Positions 55,801 to 64,000 of a stretch of 64,000 nt of DNA are shown here, one piece after another (position 1 is the stretch's first letter; every line of letters begins with the position of its first letter). Under the pieces are notes generated by a model, which worked only from the letters and a program-made list of their open reading frames with translations, made no database searches and had not been told where the DNA came from. The position numbers were made by a program, and so were the translations under genes. Source of the stretch: Tubulanus polymorphus (taxonomy: Eukaryota; Animalia; Nemertea); the NCBI RefSeq assembly GCF_964204645.1, contig NC_134025.1:1860001-1924000 (forward strand), read 5' to 3'.

Positions 55801-57226
55801 TACGGGAATTATGATACATCTCAACATAGCGATGAATGATATTGCAATTCATTTTTAGACCAAGACTGGAATACTTCCAAACCGTGTACTTCAAATAGAT
55901 TTTGTGGAAAAAACGCCACCATTGTATAAAAGCGAGCTGAGGACTTATTTTGATTTGATCGAGTACAAACCAGTCAGTTCATTCATAACTATTACAGATC
56001 TCTCGACCCAGTAACAGCACGATCAATACTTTCCTAGAACGAACATGTTTGAAGCAGTTCTATGAATGAACGAAAAGCCTGCTGTTTACAAGACAATTTC
56101 TGATATCGGAGCTACCTTCATCAGTCCGACAAATGCTCTCTCTTTCTCTCTCGTATAGTCAAATTGATATCACGAAACTGGTAATGAGACGAAAAATAAA
56201 TAGGTTTACGGAGGGAAAAGTGTTGAAGTAGATTCTCCCGCGCGGAAACTACTGATGCTGTGCTGACGTCATTACTTTATCTAGGGTCGCAATAAGCCTG
56301 GGAATGACGTAGCATTTACGTAAATGGCGGGGTAATCATTGTTATGGAGTGGCAGGGATTAGATACAGGCCTAGGAAATGTCCTTTCCACCACGTTTATT
56401 AGAATAGGGCATTTAGTACTGATATCGTGGGTTTGATTAGTGTTAGCTTGTTGAATCCTTCATTCCCAGGGTTTCAGAAGGCGATGCGAGACTGACTAAG
56501 CGGGTTATAATTCAATAGTCCCGGCGTCCCAGTAAAATGTCACCGGTGGTTTTAGTTTTCCAATGTGAAGGTTTCTTATTATCCTAGAATTTTTGTCATC
56601 GGAGTTGATAATTTTTCAGTTGTATGACTGGGTTTTCAACGAAATATGCCGCAGCGGATCGGCTGATGTCACGTCCGGACACAAACAACCCTAGCTCGAC
56701 ACGCGGCCCGTCGCGGGAGCGCTGTTTTCCGGTACCCGCTGTCCTAGGCGATTATACTCTTCATTTTATAATCTTACTCACACTCGCAGGGAGTCGCGGA
56801 TCTATTGCGAGTGTCCCTTTTTCCATACGGGGCAAATCGAGTAGGACCAGCCCGGGCGCGGCGCCGGATTGATATCAAAGAAAGAATAAAAACACTCAAA
56901 ATCATAAACGAACGAATATTCATAACCATTTCCTTAGGATATATAGGAAAAGAGAAACAATTAATGACAAAAACAAAATAATTTATAGGAAAAAGTATTA
57001 CGCCATAGGGATCGAGAACTCTCTGATCTACCGGGGCACGTGGGTGAGAAGGACTGCTCCGCCGTTGTTACACGGCCAAACTTCATGTACGTCCTCGCTT
57101 ACCAGGCGCGGGTAGTTATGCTCCGCTAAATCGCGGGTAATTCAGGCCGTGATCCCGTACCATCCACCGGGCAAGAGAGAATAAAATAAGATTTAATAGA
57201 AAAAAATTGCGCATAATAAAAAATCG

Positions 57227-57232
57227 TTTATT
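57227..57232 (-). terminator. Polyadenylation signal (AATAAA) of the NME8-like gene
   Basis: TTTATT on plus about 205 nt past the stop codon, followed on the minus strand by T-rich sequence. Confidence 0.55.
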
Positions 57233-57436
57233 CATAAAATATCAAATAAAGAGAACATTTTTCATAGACTTTATATAAATAAATACCATCTGTACAAGAA
57301 TCACAAAAAAAACAAAATCAATGAAAAATGGACGGAAACAACAACTTGATCGTTCTATTACAGTGTCCTGATGATAAAAGAGTCCAAGTCTCTCTTATAG
57401 TCCGTGAAACATTTATTCCTTGAAATAAAATTACAA

Positions 57437-60400
57437 CTATTCAGTCTTCGGTTCCTCGGCTTTCTTATCAGCTTCATCATCCTTTTTCTCTTCTGCATCT
57501 GCTGGTTTTTGGCCTGGAAAAATATTAATTTAATTCATATCATTCACGTTTATATTCTAGACAATTAGTTCAGCATTTTAAAATAAATGAGTACCTTGTT
57601 CAGCAGTTTCATCCCCAGCAGCGTCTACTATTTCCTGTTGCTGTTCTTCAGCTTCAATTAAACACAGAAATTGATAGATTAAGATGAATTTTCTCGAACA
57701 TTCTTAACTTATCTAAACTATGAAAGAAACTATAGGAGTTTAAACAGTGAAGAGTTAAATATGTTAATCGTGAAATTCTTCCGATACCTTTCTCCTCAGT
57801 TTTATCTTCTGATGTTTGGTCATCAGTTGCTGAAGGCGCATCAGCGGCTTCTGCAGTTTGCGCAGAATCTTCAGCTGATTCAGTTTGTTGTTCACCAGCT
57901 TCAGCAGTTGCCTCAGTGGTCTCTGTTCCATCCCCGGCAGTCTCTGCTGCACCCTCACCGGTTTCAGCTTCAGCTCCACTTTCACTGGCCTCTGCTTCAC
58001 CCTCAGTGACCTCTAGAAATGATTACCATTTAGATGAACTAGAGAACTAAATATCGTTATCTGCACAGGAGAATAAACTAAGCTAGAGACTAAGAAAACA
58101 GTATAGAAAACAATTTCTATATTCTGAGTCTAATAAACTGGTTCTACAATGATCTAAAACAGTCAACATCTAGAGAGGTTAGGTTGAAAAAATTGATACC
58201 TTGTTTCACATTTCTGCTGAGCTTGGCTAACTGCCTAGTATCTACCTCGTGAAAATGCATCACTTTTCTAAATCATGATCAAACTAACCATACTGACCCG
58301 GCAGAGATAGAAATATGAACTAATTACAAATTTCATTGCAGTTTATAAAATGACCCAGCTGATTAGGAAAAACAAGGTATCATTTTATTTTGGCCTTATC
58401 ATCATTACCTTGTTGTTCCTCTTCTTGTTTCTGTTCAGTCTCGTCTGTTGCTTCTTGTTCATCGGGTTTTGCTGAAAAGTATACACACAATGTACATCAA
58501 TTATCGGTTAAGTCGACACATAAAAGACGTAGATTCTACACAAACCTGATGATTCTGATACTGGTGACGGTGGCTTTGTACCTTTTTCATCTTCTAAAAA
58601 GACAATGGAAAATTGCATTTATGATAAATTAACATCAGTATGTAACATAAACTATCTACATGCAAGCGTATGATAGATAATGAACACCAGGTAAAGCAAT
58701 AGATAAATAATGATTAGCATTTCAGCTCCTAAAAAACAAACAAGCTCATGAATAGAATTATGACAACACTTTGTTCTAACCTTTAACTGATTTTGAAGAG
58801 TTAGATCTAGATTTTGAATCTTTACCTTTAATTGATAAAGAAGATGATGTTATTATAATCTGACCGCAGTAAATGCATGAATATTATTTTCAAGTTTGAT
58901 TTACTGGAATTCGCATGCATTTTTATACCTCGTGATTTTGTACTGCTTTTAGATGATCTAGATGATGAACGAGAACCTGCAAGAACAGGGCATTCTAAAT
59001 AACCGGTTTATTTGCAGTAAACATATGTAATACGTAATATACACAATCGGTTTGTAATCAGAGGGATTGTGCAAATGATTGCTATTATTCCTGATAATTC
59101 TAATAATGATTTGTGAGACACAACAATGAGTAATAAAAAACAAACAGTGAAAACACAAAACATTATTGCATCCTTGAACTTTCATACACAATGGTCTGGA
59201 TCCTTTGAAAAGAAGCAGTAAATGTCCTCGACAATGTAAAACATTTTAAATGCCATTAAAGGTCAGTACAGGTACAATACAAGCTGGAGTAAAACATGAA
59301 TCCACCGACACATCAAATAACATTGCAGAAAGATGAGATACATCCAGGAACTGAGAACAACATGAAACAGTAAACACAAGCTACACATGTATTAGCCTAT
59401 AAAAATTGTGTATCGAACCTGGCTTTGTTTGGGCGTTAGACGACACTTTAGAATGGATGCTTGTTTCTGAGTGAACAGATTTTATACTTTTATCGGAACT
59501 AGCGGAACCAATTCTGACAGGTGGTGACTCCGTTTTAGAGCCGATAGACGTTGCATCAGACTTGTCTGATCCGGTTTCTGGAACCAAAAAAAAATCATCA
59601 GATTGACATACAACAGGGACAAATGATCATTAAACGTAATGACGGGTAGTTAGTATAAACATTCACTGTGCAATTACTAATAATGCTACAGTTTGTGCCA
59701 GCACATCCATATGAAACAGTAAAATAGGGCAAAAATATTAACAAGTAGTAGGAAGATTAGTCGATAATAATGTCAATCATCATCTCACCTGAAAACAAAT
59801 ATATACCATACATTCATAAATAAATACATGCAAAAAACATCGAGGGTTGATCTAAACCTAACATTAGACCTCATTGAATTTAAAAGAAATTGCCTTCATT
59901 TTCAACCGATTCTGCCCCAGAAATGTCTTCTTCATCTTCTAAATCATCATCAGCTTCATCATAATCTACGAGTCAAATATGAAACATTATAATCAGTAAT
60001 CAGATCTAATGTTTATCGTTTGAAATATCTGGAAATGAAAAATCCACTTTTATCATTGCCTTCTTCATAATCGTCTGAGTAAAGTCCTTCATCAATGACA
60101 TTTTCATCTTCATTATCATCCCTATCACAACCATCATCATCAATATCATCATTGGGAAAACTTTCATTTTCTTCAAGTATTGCTGTATTTTCTTCGACTT
60201 GTTCTGTATTCGAGTCATCATTAGATTCGTCTATTACGGGTTCATTATCTACACCAGCAGGTCGTGATTCTTGAAACAAATCTATGACAAGAACATCGTT
60301 TTATTCTGACTCTAAATCTTGGCGTTTCGGAAAAATCTTCATCGAATAACTGGAGGAAATATTTCCGAACACAAACCTTTTTGTTCCGTTTGTTCTTCTG

Positions 60401-63400
60401 TTTGTTCTTCTTGCGTAGTTTCATCAGTAGCGGCCGCTTCTGCTTCAGTTTGCTCTTCCTCTTTTTGTGGCTCTTCTTCGGCGTCTTCGTCTATTTCTAG
60501 AAATAGAAGTTGCGATATAAGTTGTAAAAATCTAAATCTCAACACCAGGAGCCAATGTAAGGAATACTTTGCAGATTTTGTGACAGATAAAGGGCAATTT
60601 TAATCATTGAAAATATCATAAGCCTTTGAAGATTAAGAAACTTAATCCTTATCCCATCAATAAAGCAAGAGATGTTGATAACATTCTCTATAATAAAAGC
60701 ACTAGCAAGTTAGGAGTTGATTCAGAAAAGGGTTGCGCAAGGCTCACAAGACCCCATAGGGTTATCTGTGTCTGAGAAAAGTGAAACTCAGAGAGCCGGA
60801 TATATAGTCACCTTGTTCTCCTTCATCTTCTTCTGTTTCTGCTGCTTCTTCTTTCGTTTCTTCTGTGAACAAGAAAAACTTACTTCAAAAACTAATATAG
60901 AAAAACGTTTTGATCCATATAATAAAATTTCTACACGTTCAAATATACAAGATGCAAGGCTTACTTACAGTTTTGGTATGGAAATTATAGAGATACATTC
61001 AGTAAAATATAGAACATTGAATTCATAAATATGTGATGTGCAAAGAACAAAATATGATATAAAGAATGAAAAGAAAACATGCAAATAGAAAAAGACTTGA
61101 CATTATCAATAATTTGATGGCTGAATCACAAGAGGAGTTGATGATTTGTTCGATATATCACAATAGAGTTGATAAAGTCAAGATGAATTCGGAAGGCAGC
61201 AAGAGGCAGTTACAGCTGATAAGTTAGGCTTACTGAATTCCCCAGCGACGCGATAGCTTTTTGTTCACACTTCACAAGATTTACTTAGATAATACCTTTT
61301 GACTGGTAGCCTTTGTATAATACGCAACCAATTGGTGCCAGTACACGGTGTATGAAATTTTAATAAACTAAATGAAAGTTGTCAATTCAAGCGATTAGCG
61401 TGATTTACATATTTAAGTAAAGATGGATAATAACACGTCTACTTTATCAATATAATTGGAACATAATTGACTACATATATAATGTACAGTATTTATGTTT
61501 TAAATTTTAATGTTCACTAAAGGGGATTTCTAGACTTATATAAGTGGATTGGGGGAACTACAGTCTCCTTAAAAAAGAAACAGCGTAACTTACTGCGATA
61601 GGATAGAGAAAGCGTAACACAAGAACGAATTAAAATACCTTTCACAGTACCGTCATCATTGAATTCCACATCTCCGAATATCAAGTGAATATTCTTTTTC
61701 GCGTGTTCGGGATTTGAACTGCCGTGTACGGCATTTTCTTTGATCGATGAACCAAACTGAGCTCTTAAACTGTTAAACACATACAAATTTAAAATCGATA
61801 GTAAAACAATTCAGTATTCGATACGTCTGTTAAACGCTGTTACCTTTCCGGTGCTTTTTCTTTAGCTTCTTCCGGATCGGTCGGACCGATTATCGAACGC
61901 CAGCCTTCGACCACATTTTCACCCGATAACACCATGAATAACGTTGTACCGCTAATAAAAACAATCAAGATCGTCTCATTCATCATATGTTACGATTAAC
62001 AAAATAAAATCACTCAAAATAAGCCTCGTGTACCTGCACATGTGGTCAGTGAGATCTTCGAAATATTCTTTTTCTTTTATATCCCCATAAAACTGTTCAG
62101 CAATGTCTTTAGTGAGTTCAGTTTCTTTCTTAGCCGCGACTCTAAATCCGGCTTCTTTTATTCTAGAGATGATCTCATCTGAAACAAGTTTAAATCGTCA
62201 GTTGATTCTTCGATCTTCAAACTCAACTGTTCGTTAACAATTTTACCTTTAGTTTGATAACCATCTGGTTTGACTACTGCCACGGTTTGTTGCATTGGGA
62301 AGAAATAATCTAATTCTATTTTAGCGGCTTCCTCGGAATCAGAACCGTGTAACTGATTAATAGGTACATCATCTATTGCAAATTGAGCCCTTAAACTGAA
62401 AATATTGAAAAACATTTTTTACAGTAATCGTTAGCTAAGCTAACTAGTGTATATTTCAGTAAAATAGACCGTGGAGAATAGATTTAGATAGAATTAAAAT
62501 TCACTACGTACACAAATAGGAAATATAAAGATTTTGTTTTCTTTGTAATAGAATTGTATATAGTGGGTTTCATTAATGTATATTTTACCTATCAGGTGCA
62601 TTCTCTTTAGCTACATCAACTTCTTTAGGTCCTAACATATCTCTCCAAGCCGTGATAGCATCTTCTCGCGCTAAACCTAGAGCCATTAGAGGTCCACTAA
62701 AACACACGGAATATCAAATACTAATTATATGAATTGATCTGATGAAAGATTTAGAGCGGTCTCTCTGTAAATCCAACCTTGTCATTCTCGCGACTAATTC
62801 TTCAAAGTAAGGCTGTTCTTTATGTTCTTTATAGAACTCTTCAGCTTGTTCTTGCGTTAACTGTATTTCCTTCTGTATAGCAACTTCGAATCCAGCTTCT
62901 TGAATCTTTTCCATTATCGAATCTATAAATGTACGATGCGATATTTTCAAATACTTGAAACTGTGAATTCTAGGAGTTCACGTACAGCAAAAGAGTTTCA
63001 AGCAACTGATTTCATTCCATCAACAGAAAAGAATAGACATTTTACCAACTTTTAACTCTATACGAACTCTGACCAAAAAAACTAAGTTTTTACTACATGG
63101 AAGCCCCAACCTAAATTTTGAATCAAATAGCAAATTAACCAAAACCGTAGCAAAGTTTGTCACAGCCAATCATACCACCATTTAGAGCTGCAATTAGCAG
63201 GTACCCGGATACTTTCCCTTTCTTCTTTTTTTTCTCACCTTTTTATTTGGTATGACATCTATGTACATTAATTATTTTCATAATTTTCATCAATACTTGC
63301 ATATAATGCATTTTAAACGCGGTTTGTAAGTTCATTTTGTAAGTCTTGTACTAATGTATATCATGGAAATAAATTTATTGCTAAAAAAAAAACAGAGCAA

Positions 63401-64000
63401 GGCTAAAATTACCTTTGTTTTCGCGTAGTGCATCCGGTCGAATGAGAGCAAGTGTCCTTTGTACTTTCGGTTTAGCAGATTTTTTAACGGTTGGCAATGC
63501 GAAATTGGGGAAGAAAAATGCAAGTTCTCTGTGATGAAAAAAGAAAGAAAATAAACCAATGCCGGTAGAAAGTGATGAGATTGATTCTTATCTTATTCTA
63601 TAAATCTATTTTGAGTATGAAATCAAATTTGATCGCCGAGCAATGCCTGAAGAGGGGTGTAGCTCTTGAAAGTGTTTGTGATAATAAATTCATTCACTAA
63701 TTAGAAAATGAGACTTTCACCGCGTTCGCTTCAATGGAATTTCAAATTTGAATTTTCAAATTTCTTACTTGTTAACGGTATCTTCGGAATCTGCTCCGTG
63801 AACCGCATTCACGTAATTATCCGTTCCGAATTTCGCGCGTAAACTATCGGGCGCGGTTTCTTTAGCTTCTTCGACGTTCTTCGGACCGAGAAGATCTCTG
63901 AAATCTTGTATCACATTTTCACCCGTTTCTCCTTTTGTTAACACTAATACATGACTCGGTCCGCTTATCATCAATTCAACTACGCTCTCGTAATAATCCT
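57437..64000 (-). CDS. NME8: NME8/TXNDC3-like protein (outer-arm dynein intermediate chain IC1-type): three tandem NDK domains plus Glu/Asp-rich tail; N-terminus beyond the right edge
   Basis: Three NDK repeats ending ..SLRAKFG..NAVHGADS, ..SLRAQFA..NQLHGSDS and ..SLRAQFG..NAVHGSS, with starts TLALIRPD and TVAVVKPD. Exons: 63769->64000, 63413-63528, 62778-62922, 62589-62696, 62247-62395, 62034-62178, 61844-61951, 61639-61769, 60812-60862, 60377-60496, (60060-60281), (59894-59965), (59419-59577), (58929-58976), 58546-58593, 58409-58471, 57788-58012, 57595-57651, 57437-57513 (stop TAG). The thioredoxin domain is not visible in the window. Confidence 0.88.

Noticed and set aside
55859-56014. 51-codon open frame containing LQIDF, resembling a retroviral integrase motif
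   Set aside because: Downstream integrase core residues are not recognisable and there is no LTR or RT context.
56990-57175. 7SK, vault or snRNA candidate (minus strand, ends in a T-run)
   Set aside because: No diagnostic motif of a known Pol III or spliceosomal RNA recognised; kept only as part of the unexplained block.
63413-63528. Apparent frameshift in an NME8 exon (the ORF track shows a different frame)
   Set aside because: Recounting the T-run gives in-frame ELAFFFPNFALPTVKKSAKPKVQRTLALIRPD; the exon is intact.

Overview
AT-rich, intron-rich animal genomic DNA, probably a bilaterian invertebrate (inference from gene content and GT-AG introns; the species cannot be fixed from sequence alone). 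Four protein-coding genes were reconstructed by hand: (1) DNAJC10/ERdj5 on the minus strand, running off the left edge; (2) head-to-head with it, an SLC4 AE2-like anion exchanger on the plus strand (8725-23602); (3) a single-coding-exon Klumpfuss-type (EGR/WT1-like) four-finger C2H2 factor on the minus strand (31106-33415), with about 24 kb of non-coding upstream DNA containing candidate 5' exons; (4) the 3' part of an NME8/TXNDC3-like triple-NDK protein with a long acidic tail on the minus strand (57437 to past the right edge). Notable non-coding items are two oppositely oriented ~339-bp inverted-repeat elements with tRNA-like termini, a ~240-bp Penelope-like hairpin insertion with a 13-bp target duplication next to a splice acceptor, cassette exons and a microexon, two tandem candidate GC-AG introns, and an unexplained ~2.2-kb block of GC-rich islands. 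There is no CRISPR array, rRNA or intact tRNA. I found no complete novel multi-gene system. Most short ORFs in the supplied track are exon fragments or noise.
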